Source of the DNA: an uncultured Verrucomicrobiae bacterium | GTDB lineage: Bacteria; Verrucomicrobiota; Verrucomicrobiia; Chthoniobacterales; Terrimicrobiaceae | Reading direction: 5' to 3' | DNA: 64,000 bases | Assembly: GCA_963706955.1 (NCBI GenBank) | Contig: CAVPOC010000008.1 | Span: 64,001-128,000 of the forward strand | In this document: piece after piece, positions 21,151 through 31,528 of the stretch | How positions within the stretch are numbered: position 1 is the first letter of the stretch | Layout of the letters: every line of letters starts with the position of its first letter | Position numbers and translations under genes: made by a program | Notes under the pieces: model-generated | Seen by the model: only the letters and a program-made list of their open reading frames with translations | Told to the model about the DNA's origin: nothing | The model's database searches: none

Positions 21151-22470
21151 ATGGTAGCTGAAGCAACATCACAGATTCGAGAACAGGGCTTCGCACCCTC
21201 CGCGGGTATTCATCGCCGTCAGGCGTGGCGTCCGGTGGGACTTCGAGGCGTCGAATCCATTCTCTCGGGCATAGCCACTCGCAGCAAATCCTTTGCGAGT
21301 CACAGAGCACGTCTAACCGCTTGGTACCAGCAGTTCGTGCAGCGGAGCCAGCCGCTTACCGGATGGCAGCCTTTGCTCACGGCACCGTCGGAGGTCCCCC
21401 ACTCCCAGGCATCATTTGGCAGCGCTCAGTCGGCAGAGCGGATCTCCAGAGGAGAGCCTTCAATGATCTCAAAAGACCTGCGCGTTACTCGGCCCATGAG
21501 CGGTCCCCAAGAACAGATGTCGGCAGCACCTCCCCACCAATTTATCGAACAGCCAAGACGGCAGGAGCCTTTCGTTTTGCCTCGATCCATAACCGGGTCG
21601 ATGCACACAGCCGACAGATCGACACCTCCAAGCGACCGCCTGGTCGGCGACTTCTCCAAGCCGGATGAACCGAAGGAGTCAGCTGTTGAGCCGGTGGCCC
21701 CCTCAACGGGCAAGAAGACCGCCGAGAGCGGCGCCCTGCGCGCTCATCCCCTCGAAAAGAGGCGCCTCCCTGCTAGCCCCGCTGAACAAATATCGATCCC
21801 GCCGCCGCCACGAGATGGAGAACAATCTCTCGCCCGTCCCGCAATGCAACTGGCCATTCTTCGACCCTTAAACACCGCGGCGGGCACGGTGAAGCGAATA
21901 GAATCGCGTCCACTCTCTTCCGGCAACGGCACATTCTTGGCCCAAGGAACGACAGACTTCGGCGGAGCCCAACGCTCGCCGGAAGCGAAGCTACCCGCGG
22001 TGCAAACCCGTCTCGTCTCAAGTGTGTCGTCCTTGCCGCGTCAGGAAGTGCGCGGCGGCTTTCCTCTCAGTGTGAATGCGGAGTTTCGTCGTGACGCAGA
22101 CACTTCGTCCGAAGATCCGGTTAGGGTGTCCGTTCGCGATAGCTCAGCAGTTCGGCCTGACGGAGGGCCGGAACCCGTTTCACTCCCTCGCCCGCCACAA
22201 GCGAAGATTCCCGGACCGCTCGCTCTCTCGACCGTGACGCTGCCTGAAGTTCAAATACGCCTGTTGAGGCGTGATGAGCCGGCTTCCGCAACTCAGTCTT
22301 CGGGCAACAATGTCGGCACCGGCGGGCGATCGACGATTCAGCTTCCAAAACCGCAACCACCTGTGCCCGCTGCTCCGCCGCCGCTGGATATCAACGCCGT
22401 GGCCGACAAGGTCTACCAAGCGCTGCAACGGCGCCATCAACTGGAGCGGGAGAGGAGAGGACTCTACTGA
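21151..22470 (+). CDS. Pro/Ser-rich low-complexity eCIS protein (possible tape-measure or accessory)
   Basis: 439 aa, mostly disordered composition, ending LDINAVADKVYQALQRRHQLERERRGLY; stop overlaps the next start (TGATG). Confidence 0.6.
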   Translation: MVAEATSQIREQGFAPSAGIHRRQAWRPVGLRGVESILSGIATRSKSFASHRARLTAWYQQFVQRSQPLTGWQPLLTAPSEVPHSQASFGSAQSAERISRGEPSMISKDLRVTRPMSGPQEQMSAAPPHQFIEQPRRQEPFVLPRSITGSMHTADRSTPPSDRLVGDFSKPDEPKESAVEPVAPSTGKKTAESGALRAHPLEKRRLPASPAEQISIPPPPRDGEQSLARPAMQLAILRPLNTAAGTVKRIESRPLSSGNGTFLAQGTTDFGGAQRSPEAKLPAVQTRLVSSVSSLPRQEVRGGFPLSVNAEFRRDADTSSEDPVRVSVRDSSAVRPDGGPEPVSLPRPPQAKIPGPLALSTVTLPEVQIRLLRRDEPASATQSSGNNVGTGGRSTIQLPKPQPPVPAAPPPLDINAVADKVYQALQRRHQLERERRGLY

Positions 22471-23096
22471 TGCCACTCGCCAAAGCGCTCATTATAGATT
22501 GCGACTCGGTATTGAAGATTCCGATCCCTGTGATGTTCAATCCGCCGGAGTACCAGCTTCAGGTCACCAACCAATTCGCGGAGGTCGGCATACCTGGACT
22601 TGGCTCCTCCTTATTGCAGTTTGTCAGAGGAAGCGCCCAGACGCTAACGACAGAGCTGTTTTTTGACACGACCGATAACGGAATAGACGTGCGCGTTCAT
22701 ACGGGACTCGTCCTTGGTTTAACCAGCCTGAATAGCGAAACCCACGCCCCGCCTCGCCTGCTCTTTCTCTGGGGCTCCCTAATATTTCCCTGCGTGTTGG
22801 AAAGCGTGACGCAAACGTTTGATTACTTCAACGCGTTGGGCATGCCGCTGCGGGCGCGGCTGAATGTCACCCTGAAAGGCAACGACACCATTCAGGACCT
22901 TCTCGGCAGCATCCAACTGCTCTCGGCGGATCGCACCAAGCAGTGGATCTTCAAGAGAGGCGATACGCTGCAAAAGATCGCCGCTCGGGAATACGGCGAT
23001 CCCAATAAATGGCGGCCGATCGCAGAGGCTAATAATATCGATAATCCACTGACCATTCCCATCGGCCGAGCTCTAAAAGTTCCCGCTCTAACCTGA
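22470..23096 (+). CDS. CIS tube initiator with LysM domain (Afp7-like)
   Basis: VMFNPPEY, LQFVRG, LFFDT, PPRLLFLWG, PLRA; C-terminal LysM GDTLQKIAAREYGDPNKWRPIAEANNI. Confidence 0.9.
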   Translation: MPLAKALIIDCDSVLKIPIPVMFNPPEYQLQVTNQFAEVGIPGLGSSLLQFVRGSAQTLTTELFFDTTDNGIDVRVHTGLVLGLTSLNSETHAPPRLLFLWGSLIFPCVLESVTQTFDYFNALGMPLRARLNVTLKGNDTIQDLLGSIQLLSADRTKQWIFKRGDTLQKIAAREYGDPNKWRPIAEANNIDNPLTIPIGRALKVPALT

Positions 23097-23104
23097 TGTA
23101 ACCG

Positions 23105-24820
23105 ATGGCACTCTCGCAATCGCTGCCCGACGTCTATGTGCCAACGTTTGAGATGACCGTTGGAAATCGGAAGCTGGAGACCTCGCTCGCCAAGAGTATT
23201 ATGGATCTCACGGTTACCGAGCATTCGACGGGACCGAATTCCTTTAGTTTTCGACTGAACGATCCGGAGTTGGCCCTTATCGACGAGAGAAGAGGGCCAT
23301 TCACTGAGGGAACCCGTGTGGAGATCAAGATGGGATTCGTGGGCAAGACGCGAAAGATGATCATCGGGGAAATCTCGGCACTGGCCGCCGATTTACCCAG
23401 CAGCGGTCCGGCCACGGTGCACGTGCAGGGATTCGACTTCTTCCATGGACTCGCTCGGGGCACGGTTTACCGCCAATTTGGTGGAGAAACGCCCAATAGC
23501 GGGATGCTCGATAGTGAGATCGTCTCACGGATCGCCTCGGAAATGCAGTTGCAATCTGACGTCGAACCAACCACTGCGCGTGGGCTGAGAATTCAAAACA
23601 ACGTCACCAATCTTGATTTTCTTCTAAAGCTGGCGAAACTAAACAAATACTTCGTTCGGGTAGATTCCGGGACCCTTTACTTCGGAAGCGAACCCCCGCG
23701 ACGTCCCGAGACGATCCGGTTGGAATGGGGCAAGAATCTCTTGGACTTTTCCCCGCGGCTTAGCACGGCTGGCTTGGTGAATGAAGTGGTTGTGCGAAGC
23801 TGGGATCCGATCCAAAAACAGCGTATTTCTGTGAGCGTGAAGCGCGCCAATGAGAAGCCGAGCCTTTTATCGGAGACTGGATTGAAACAGATCAGTAAAG
23901 GATCGGGCGGGCGCTCGCAGCGTGTCATTGATGTTCCTGTTGCCAATTTGCTCGAAGCGGAGGCACTGGCAGACAGCGTTCTTAGCAATCAGCAGGTCAC
24001 TGCCATCAGCGGCAGCGGCACCTGTCTTGGGGATCCCACGATGCGCGTTGGCGGCAAGCTTGAACTCCGTGGCATTGGTCGCTTCTCAGGAACCTATTAT
24101 ATTAGCACAGTTACCCACTCCATTAGCGGAAGTGGGTACCTGACATCGTTTGAAGTGAGCGATTCAGCCCAAACTACGCGGGAATCTGCCGACGAGCCCG
24201 ATTTCTCGGGTGGTCCTGGTCGCCAGGCGGCCGTCAATGTCTTGATTGGCCTCGTCCTAGATAATCAAGACCCCGAAGGTTTGGGGCGAGTAAAGATCAA
24301 TTTGCCAGGCGTAGCGGAGGATGAGAGCGGGCATTGGGCCCGTGTGGCGGCACCGATGGCCGGCGACGGGCGCGGCATGTTCTTCTTGCCGGAAAAGAAT
24401 GATGAGGTCCTGGTCGCCTTCGAACAGGGCGATGTCACACGACCCTATGTTCTTGGAGCGCTCTGGAACGGCAAAGATAAGCCGCCGGAAGCTAATTCAG
24501 ATGGCCAAAATAATTTTCGTTTGATCAAATCGCGCAGTGGGCATCTGGTTCGCTTTGATGACAGTGACGGCGGCGAGAAAATTGAGATCATCGACAAAAG
24601 CGGGGAGAACAGTCTGACGATAGATACTAAGAGCAATTCTATCTCGATCAAGTCGGCCAAGGATGTCGTTATCGAGGCACCCCAAGGAAAAATTAGCCTC
24701 AGCGCAAAAAGCATTGAGCTGAAGAGCACAGCGGAGACCAAGGTCCAAGCACAAAGCACCATGAACCTTAAGGCGAGCGCAACCATGACGATCAAGGGCC
24801 AGCGGGTAAATATCAATTGA
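23105..24820 (+). CDS. VgrG-like spike/hub (late-control D fused to gpV OB-fold; Afp8-like)
   Basis: N-terminal gpD-like hub; C-terminal DPEGLGRVKI, WARVAAPMAG..RGMFFLPE.NDEVLVAFEQGD..RPYVLGALWN, SRSGH, beta-helix tail. Confidence 0.9.
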   Translation: MALSQSLPDVYVPTFEMTVGNRKLETSLAKSIMDLTVTEHSTGPNSFSFRLNDPELALIDERRGPFTEGTRVEIKMGFVGKTRKMIIGEISALAADLPSSGPATVHVQGFDFFHGLARGTVYRQFGGETPNSGMLDSEIVSRIASEMQLQSDVEPTTARGLRIQNNVTNLDFLLKLAKLNKYFVRVDSGTLYFGSEPPRRPETIRLEWGKNLLDFSPRLSTAGLVNEVVVRSWDPIQKQRISVSVKRANEKPSLLSETGLKQISKGSGGRSQRVIDVPVANLLEAEALADSVLSNQQVTAISGSGTCLGDPTMRVGGKLELRGIGRFSGTYYISTVTHSISGSGYLTSFEVSDSAQTTRESADEPDFSGGPGRQAAVNVLIGLVLDNQDPEGLGRVKINLPGVAEDESGHWARVAAPMAGDGRGMFFLPEKNDEVLVAFEQGDVTRPYVLGALWNGKDKPPEANSDGQNNFRLIKSRSGHLVRFDDSDGGEKIEIIDKSGENSLTIDTKSNSISIKSAKDVVIEAPQGKISLSAKSIELKSTAETKVQAQSTMNLKASATMTIKGQRVNIN

Positions 24821-24830
24821 GGGGCAACCC

Positions 24831-25217
24831 GTGGGAATGCCAGCAGCAAAGAAAGGCGACCAGATCACGGCGGAGGACGTGCACCTTATACAGCCGCCTG
24901 GGACCTTTCCACCAGTGCCCACACAACATCCATTTCGAGGGATTATCACGGGAAGCGTGAGCACTAACGTCAACATCATGGGAAAGCCAGCCGCCATGGT
25001 AAATAGCACTGCGACGAATACGCCGGCGCATCTTCCCATTGGCGGTACTTTCGTGAAACCACCCGCTAACCGCGGCTTGATCATTCGGGGGAGCGCGACG
25101 GTCTTTATTAGTGGCCAACCGGCGGCGCGCAACGGTGACATCGCCATGACGTGCAACGATCCCGCCGATCTGCCAGTCGGCAGCGTCGTCGCTAAGGGAA
25201 ATGTGTTCATTGGCTAA
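24831..25217 (+). CDS. PAAR-domain spike tip protein
   Basis: PAAKKG, NVNIMGKPAA, GSATVFISGQPAARNGD, CNDP, NVFIG. Confidence 0.9.
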   Translation: MGMPAAKKGDQITAEDVHLIQPPGTFPPVPTQHPFRGIITGSVSTNVNIMGKPAAMVNSTATNTPAHLPIGGTFVKPPANRGLIIRGSATVFISGQPAARNGDIAMTCNDPADLPVGSVVAKGNVFIG

Positions 25218-25329
25218 CGGCTTTCGGATCCTGAGTGATGAAAACATCCGCTGATAGTTTAGCTGGCACGCCATCGAGGAACGATGCAGGCGCTGCCACC
25301 TTCTTAGTTGCACTATGTGTTAGATCGCG

Positions 25330-25746
25330 ATGAATGGTGAATCAGATCAACGCAATGAGTTCCTGGGAACAGGAATCGCGTTTCCGCTCAGCGTAACCGA
25401 GGAGGGACTGCTCGCGATGAATGCCCTGGATGATCATGTCCGACAATCCATCCTGCTGATCCTGCAGACCGCCAGAGGCGAGAGGGTGATGCGCCCCGGT
25501 TTCGGATGCGATCTCAACGAGCTTGTATTTGAGCCCCTCAGGCAGACAACCTTCACGCTTGCCGAACATCATGTTAAGGAGGCATTAATCCGATACGAGC
25601 CGCGGATTGAGGTGCTGGGTGTTCAGGTCGGCGTGAACCCAGAGCAGCAGGATGGCCTCCTTATTCGCCTCCGATATCGCGTTCGATCCACCGACACCAC
25701 TTTTAACCTCGTTTACCCGTTTTATGTGGAAAGGGGAGGTTTGTAA
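25330..25746 (+). CDS. GPW/gp25-family baseplate wedge protein (Afp9-like)
   Basis: FLGTGIAFP, SILLILQTARGERVMRPGFGC, YEPRIEV, NLVYPFY. Confidence 0.92.
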   Translation: MNGESDQRNEFLGTGIAFPLSVTEEGLLAMNALDDHVRQSILLILQTARGERVMRPGFGCDLNELVFEPLRQTTFTLAEHHVKEALIRYEPRIEVLGVQVGVNPEQQDGLLIRLRYRVRSTDTTFNLVYPFYVERGGL

Positions 25747-28700
25747 TGGCTCTCCCTCCACCGGTTCTCGATCGTAGAGATCACGAGCGGATCGTCGATC
25801 AGCTCCGGAAACTTGCTGCCGAGTATGTTCCGGAGTGGAAGGGCTATCAGCATCCAACCGGAGACGCCGGAGTAATGTTACACCGCATCTTCACCCGGCT
25901 GCTCGAGATCACCCTCGAGCGTCTGAACAAGGCTCCGGGTATGAATCTTGATGCCTTTCTCAACGCCATGGGCGTCAGCCTCTTGCCACCTATCCCGGCG
26001 CGCGTGCCGCTAACATTCTCACTTACCTCGGGCACCGCTCCGACGCGTGTGCCGCAGGGCACTCGAGTAGGCATCGCGCCAAAAGGTGGACAGCAGGCGG
26101 TGGATTTTGAGACGGAAGCGGATCTTACCGTCGTCCCGAGCAGCCTCATCGCCGTCTGGACGATGGATCCGGCATGGGATCGTTCAGCCAATCACTTTGG
26201 GCTAATCGATGGAGGGATCGGCTTCGCACCTCTTCTGGGTGCCAAGCGGCTGTCTCACGCATTATTTCTCGGCGATGAGCAACTGCTCGATTTTCGCAGA
26301 GCGGAGCTGACTATTACCTTCGCAGGTTCTAGTAGCTCGGAGATAGAGGGCCAGCTTAGAAGAACTGTTTGGCGATACGTTTCCGACGGCCGGGCCTTTA
26401 TCCTGCCAGTCAGGGCCGGGGCCACTCCGAATCAGATCACTTTCAGTGTAGTCAACCGGATCGATCAAACGCTGCTTAAAGGTCCTAGCGAAAACCCTGC
26501 TTTGCGCCAGGGCCTGCGCAACCGGTGGCTGCATGCCGCCTTGGAGCAGTCGCTTGCGGAAGATCCCCGTCCGGAACGTCTAATCTTGAAAGATGTTCAC
26601 TTGTCGATCAGCGTGACAAATTTTCCTCCCGACTTTGCGTTCGCAAACAATGCGCCGATCGATGTCAACATGCCTTTCCAACCATTCGGTGAGCAGCCGC
26701 AGGTCGGCGACGCGTTCTACCTGGCTTCTTCCGAAGCGTTCTCTAAGCCTAATGCGAGCTGGATTCTTAGTTTTGAGTTCCCTAAAGCTCCGGATGGGCC
26801 CCCAGGCGTGCCAGACGATTCGCGATCAGCGGCCAAAACGGTCCTGGAATGGGAATTTTTCGGCCCAACCGGCTGGACGAAATTCGAATCCGTCACAGAT
26901 GAAACCGCCTCTTTGTCGAAATCGGGAGCTGTGGTCCTAAAATCGGGCGACTTGACGATGGGCGCGGTCAATGGAGAGAATGGCCTCTGGATTCGTCTGC
27001 GAATCCAGTCTGGCGACTTTGGAAGAGCCGCCGAGTACATCGCAGTGGATTCCGGAGACCCCTCCAAGGGCTTCACGCTGAAAAAGGACACCGGCAATTT
27101 GGCTCCTCCGCTCGTGACAAGGTTGACTCTCAGTTATCAGGCGAACGATGTTCCGGAAGCGGTAATTACCCAGAACGGCTTTCTGTTGGCGGAACAAACC
27201 GTGCCCAACGCCAAGGGGTTCCAGCCTTTTGTCACTCTTCAACATTTGACGCCCTCCCTTTACGCCGACACCGTGCCGTCCCTCTATCTTGGGTTCGACA
27301 AGCTTTCCCCCGAAGAGGTAATGACCCTCTTTTTCGTCGTCGTGCCCCGATCGTTTTCGGGGGACTCGGAAGCCCAGCGTGCCGCAGCTCCGACCTTGCC
27401 GGAGCAATCCCTGCACTGGGAGTATTTTAATGGCGTGACATGGGTCGAGTTGGCCGTGGTTGATCGGACCAATGCCTTCACCGAATCTGGGATGGTCGAC
27501 ATTTTAACGCCGACTGACAGCGCAGCGTTAGCCAAGTTCGATTTAAAAGAGGTTTACTGGATACGCGCTTTGCTGATCCAGACTAAGAATGATGACAAAC
27601 CGATCCGCAGCGACCCTCTGACCACCCCAGGTCTGCAGGCGATTTTCTTAAATACGGTTCCGGCTGTTCAGGCGTTAACCATAAGCAATGAAATCGTCGG
27701 TTCTGGTAACAGTTTGCCCCGACAAACTCTCCGTCTGACGCAGCACCCTGTCTTAGCGAATCCAAAGATTCTCGTGCTCGAACCTGAAGTTCCCAGCGCG
27801 GTTGAACGAGATCAATTAGAAAAGGAGGAAGGCGCGGACGCTATTCAGCCGCGCGTCAATTCGACCACCAAGCAAATGGAGAATTGGATTCGCTGGCACG
27901 AGGTTTCGGGTTTCAACGGTTCATACCCGCATAGCCGGCATTACACACTTGATCATGGCACAGGAGAAATTGCCTTTGGCGACGGCACATTTGGCCTGAT
28001 TCCTCCGCTGGGAACCAACAACATCGTGGCAAACTATCGGGTGGGTGCTGGTTCCAACGGAAACGTCCCCAAGGGAGCGGTCGCGCAGCTTAAGTCTCCA
28101 GTTCCGGGTATCGCCTCAGTCGCAAATCGGCTCGACGCCGATGGCGGAGCCGACCTTGAGACCGTCGAGAGCGCGCGAGAGCGTGGACCCCAAACACTGC
28201 GGCACCGAGGGCGCGCCGTCAGTCGCACCGATTTCGAATGGCTGGCTCGCGAGGCAGCGGGAACGAGGCTCGCACGCGTCGTCTGCTTGTCGAACACTAA
28301 CCGCACCTTAGATTTCGAGCCTGGATGGGTCACACTGGTCATCGTGCCGCAGGGCACCGAGCAAAGACCGGTTCCGAGCGCGGAACTGATTCAGCAAGTA
28401 GCGAAATCCTTCGGCAACCGCTCCTTCGCCGGTTTGAGCGCACTCAACCTGGTAAACGTCGTCGGACCAAGTTACGTGGAAGTCACTGTGGTAGCGGATG
28501 TCGTCTTGCGCGATCTCCGGCAGGCCTCTCAGGTCAAAGGGCAGATCGTCGATGTGCTCGATAAGTTTCTTCATCCGCTGACGGGTGGACCTCACGCTGA
28601 GGGATGGAAGCTGGGAAGGAACGTCTTTGTTTCCGAGATTGCTAGTGTGATCCACACCGTAGATGGCGTCGATTATTTGAAGAGCTTGCAGTTAATTCCC

Positions 28701-29285
28701 AGCCAAGCGCAGCACCGGATCGAAGTCGCTGCCCCAGGGGTCTGCGAACTCGATTTGCCGGAGAATGCGTTAGTTGTCTCGCGGGATGGCCGGAAATCAG
28801 CTCTTCTGGCCGAACCCGTCGCGGCCGGAACTGAGCTGCGGTTTCTCACCACGAAGGGTTTCCAAGTTGGCGATCGCATCATCCAGAAGCTGAATGCCGA
28901 GATCTTTAACCCTCCTCTTACCATCACTGCGGTCACAGCGGACCGTAAGAGCGCCACGCAGGTTATCGGCATTGAGGCCTGGGGATATGATCGACCAGAC
29001 CCGGGAACCCTGCTCTCGACCCCCGATCATCGTATCAAGCTGCCCGTTTCGGCTCTGGGCCAAGAATCCGCTACCCCACCTCTGCGGTTCTTGACCCTGG
29101 AGGACTTCAGCAAAAATGAGGTCGTCCAAATTCAGCTTTCCGAGCAAGGTTCAACGCCGCCACTGCTCAAGATCCGGGAGGTGTCTCCAGCGCCCAATGT
29201 TTGCGTCGGCGGGATCTCTCTCGTGTGCTCCGGACAACATCGCATCACCGTCAGCGCTCCTTCGACAGCGCAAAGCCCCGCCTAA
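25746..29285 (+). CDS. baseplate J-like assembly protein (Afp11-like)
   Basis: LPPPVLDRR, YVPEW, RLNKAP, FETE, FGDG.FG.IPP.G.NNI.ANYRVGAGSNGNV, GGADLET, RAVS..DFE, FLHPLTGG..GW.LGR. Confidence 0.9.
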   Translation: MALPPPVLDRRDHERIVDQLRKLAAEYVPEWKGYQHPTGDAGVMLHRIFTRLLEITLERLNKAPGMNLDAFLNAMGVSLLPPIPARVPLTFSLTSGTAPTRVPQGTRVGIAPKGGQQAVDFETEADLTVVPSSLIAVWTMDPAWDRSANHFGLIDGGIGFAPLLGAKRLSHALFLGDEQLLDFRRAELTITFAGSSSSEIEGQLRRTVWRYVSDGRAFILPVRAGATPNQITFSVVNRIDQTLLKGPSENPALRQGLRNRWLHAALEQSLAEDPRPERLILKDVHLSISVTNFPPDFAFANNAPIDVNMPFQPFGEQPQVGDAFYLASSEAFSKPNASWILSFEFPKAPDGPPGVPDDSRSAAKTVLEWEFFGPTGWTKFESVTDETASLSKSGAVVLKSGDLTMGAVNGENGLWIRLRIQSGDFGRAAEYIAVDSGDPSKGFTLKKDTGNLAPPLVTRLTLSYQANDVPEAVITQNGFLLAEQTVPNAKGFQPFVTLQHLTPSLYADTVPSLYLGFDKLSPEEVMTLFFVVVPRSFSGDSEAQRAAAPTLPEQSLHWEYFNGVTWVELAVVDRTNAFTESGMVDILTPTDSAALAKFDLKEVYWIRALLIQTKNDDKPIRSDPLTTPGLQAIFLNTVPAVQALTISNEIVGSGNSLPRQTLRLTQHPVLANPKILVLEPEVPSAVERDQLEKEEGADAIQPRVNSTTKQMENWIRWHEVSGFNGSYPHSRHYTLDHGTGEIAFGDGTFGLIPPLGTNNIVANYRVGAGSNGNVPKGAVAQLKSPVPGIASVANRLDADGGADLETVESARERGPQTLRHRGRAVSRTDFEWLAREAAGTRLARVVCLSNTNRTLDFEPGWVTLVIVPQGTEQRPVPSAELIQQVAKSFGNRSFAGLSALNLVNVVGPSYVEVTVVADVVLRDLRQASQVKGQIVDVLDKFLHPLTGGPHAEGWKLGRNVFVSEIASVIHTVDGVDYLKSLQLIPSQAQHRIEVAAPGVCELDLPENALVVSRDGRKSALLAEPVAAGTELRFLTTKGFQVGDRIIQKLNAEIFNPPLTITAVTADRKSATQVIGIEAWGYDRPDPGTLLSTPDHRIKLPVSALGQESATPPLRFLTLEDFSKNEVVQIQLSEQGSTPPLLKIREVSPAPNVCVGGISLVCSGQHRITVSAPSTAQSPA

Positions 29286-29286
29286 C

Positions 29287-30318
29287 ATGCCGCTGCCAAT
29301 TCCCCCTCTCGACGATCGCAGTTTCGACCAATTGGTGGACGAGGCCAAGGCGCTAATTCCAAAACACTTTCCCGCCTGGACCGACCACAACTTTTCTGAC
29401 CCCGGCATCGCGTTTCTGGACCTGTTCGCCTTTCTCATGGAGAACGCGATTTACCAGATCAACCGCGTCCCAGAACGATCGCTCGAACATTTCGCCAGCC
29501 TGCTGGGGGTGGCGCGCCGACCGAGTGAACCCATCGAGATGTTGTTTCGGAGAGTTCGCGAGAAGTTAGACACGCGTGAGCGTGCGATCACTGAGAATGA
29601 AATAGAGCAGCAGATCCTCGCGCAACCGAAGGAGCGGTGGCGGCAAGAACAGAAAATCGCCCGGGCCGAAGTGATCCTGGATTTACAGGCCGCCGACGAT
29701 GTGCGCCATCCGGAACTAACGTTAAAGATCGTCATTGTCCCTGAACCAAGTTCCGAAGAGGACAGTGCTCCAGTGCCTGCCGATAAGCTTCGCCAAGACA
29801 TCTTTGAATTCCTTAGTGAGCGGGTTCTGATTGGCACCCGGCTTAAGATAGTGCCTCCCGACTATTATTCTTCTTTTCAACTTAGAGCTACTGTCGTTCG
29901 CAGCGGCCAGAGCACACTCGATCGGGCGACCGTCCGTCGCAATGTGGCGAACGCGGTTCGCAAATTTCTCCATCCCACTCTCGGCGGCAAGGACGGGCGT
30001 GGCTGGCCATTGGGACGGTCGATCTTTCGGTCGGAGCTCTACAAGGTGATCGAAGGTCTTCCCGGCGTTGACCATGTCCGCGAGTTGCTCCTTCTCGATA
30101 GCCAAGAGGTTCATACCCGCGAGTCTACCGGTGGCGATGCATCGGTCTCTGCGCGACTCGGGGCGGAGTTGTTGTCGCCGGCGGCCGCTCCGCTCCTTCC
30201 GCTCTCAGCGAATCAGCGCCACTCGCCCGAGACCGTCTCGGAGCTGCCTCTGCCCGGGCCCAGCTCGCTCATTCGGTGGACTGAGCGAAGCTTCGAAGTG
30301 ACGGTCGTAGATGAATGA
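29287..30318 (+). CDS. second baseplate J-like protein
   Basis: From ATG29287: MPLPIPPLDDRSFDQLVDEA..IP...PAWTDHNFSDPGI; FLHPTLGG.DGRGWPLGRS..RSELY..IEG.PGVDHV. Confidence 0.85.
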   Translation: MPLPIPPLDDRSFDQLVDEAKALIPKHFPAWTDHNFSDPGIAFLDLFAFLMENAIYQINRVPERSLEHFASLLGVARRPSEPIEMLFRRVREKLDTRERAITENEIEQQILAQPKERWRQEQKIARAEVILDLQAADDVRHPELTLKIVIVPEPSSEEDSAPVPADKLRQDIFEFLSERVLIGTRLKIVPPDYYSSFQLRATVVRSGQSTLDRATVRRNVANAVRKFLHPTLGGKDGRGWPLGRSIFRSELYKVIEGLPGVDHVRELLLLDSQEVHTRESTGGDASVSARLGAELLSPAAAPLLPLSANQRHSPETVSELPLPGPSSLIRWTERSFEVTVVDE

Positions 30319-31472
30319 CGGGAACAAAACGAATGCCTAATCATTCCACACGTCCGATTCAATTCCGCGACTATCTCCCGGAGCTTTTGCGTGGGGATGA
30401 GTCAGACGCTAACAGCTTCCAGAATCGCTTCCTTAAAGCCTTTGAAGACTTATTCGAAGAGCTGCAAAGCGTCATCGAAGGCGTTTCATCAGGAGATCTC
30501 CAACTGATTGCCGATTCCGTGCCATCCTCCGTGGACGGTTCCCAGAAAATACAAATCAACCTGAGATCGCCTCCCGATAAGCCGCCAAAATTCCCGGCCG
30601 ATACCTTCGTCACGCTCGCGCGAGGTGACACCGACTCCACCACGCTCGCGGAGGAATATCCCGGAAAGAATCCTCAATCGCTTTTTGTCCGAGATGCCGA
30701 CTTTGCCCATTCGGTAGCAGCGGGAGACGAAATCGTCCTCCACGCCGGTGGTTTGCCAGACTTGTTCAACCCTGATCTGACACCGCCCCCACAGCTCGCC
30801 CGCCGGCTTCACCTGCACGAATACCAAGTGGATCCCGATTCCACCTTTCTGAATTTTCTGGCCAGCTGGATCGGCCTGCCGTTGCGTAACGAGCTCATCC
30901 CTCGGGGAGGTGAAACCGATCCCCAGGGCCAGCTGCGGGTCGATGACGGATGGTACGAGCGACGCAAGGCCCGCTGGAATCGACACCTTGTGCGCAGCGC
31001 CTTGGACATCTATCCCCGACGTGGCACGCGCGCAGGTGTTGAAGGAATGCTCCGAGCCTGGCTCAAAGATGACCTCGGTGAGAACGGAGTTATGGTCACT
31101 GACCTCTTGCGCGCTTATACGGATGTCGATGCCGTTTTTCAGTTGGGCGTCCGGGCAACTCTGGGAGTTGACACTGTCCTTGGCGAGGGGCCTCCCTTCT
31201 TCTTCGTCACCGATCTGGTGGTGGATCCCACGGTGCGCGGGCTGCGCAATCCGGCCGGAATTGATGTTTTCATTCGTGAGGCTCGATTCATCCTGGAAGC
31301 GGAGACCCCGGCCCACACCTATTTCCAGCTCCGGGTCCATGCCCAGACAATGCAATTGGCGCCGCCGCCAGGGCAGGAGGTCGCCGGCGAGATTTATGCT
31401 CAGCTGGGTGAAACCACATTGTTGTGGGGTGAGCCGTCGATCTTCCTTTCGACGCCTACCGAACAACCATGA
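30315..31472 (+). CDS. phage tail protein I-like (P2 gpI family) baseplate protein
   Basis: DYLPEL, FLKAFEDLF, FNP, FLNFLASWIG, IYPRRGT, E.PAHT. Confidence 0.8.
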   Translation: MTGTKRMPNHSTRPIQFRDYLPELLRGDESDANSFQNRFLKAFEDLFEELQSVIEGVSSGDLQLIADSVPSSVDGSQKIQINLRSPPDKPPKFPADTFVTLARGDTDSTTLAEEYPGKNPQSLFVRDADFAHSVAAGDEIVLHAGGLPDLFNPDLTPPPQLARRLHLHEYQVDPDSTFLNFLASWIGLPLRNELIPRGGETDPQGQLRVDDGWYERRKARWNRHLVRSALDIYPRRGTRAGVEGMLRAWLKDDLGENGVMVTDLLRAYTDVDAVFQLGVRATLGVDTVLGEGPPFFFVTDLVVDPTVRGLRNPAGIDVFIREARFILEAETPAHTYFQLRVHAQTMQLAPPPGQEVAGEIYAQLGETTLLWGEPSIFLSTPTEQP

Positions 31473-31528
31473 CTCGCACAAATATGACAAATCCTCGCAC
31501 TGCCTGAGGTCAGAAAGAAAACAAGAAT

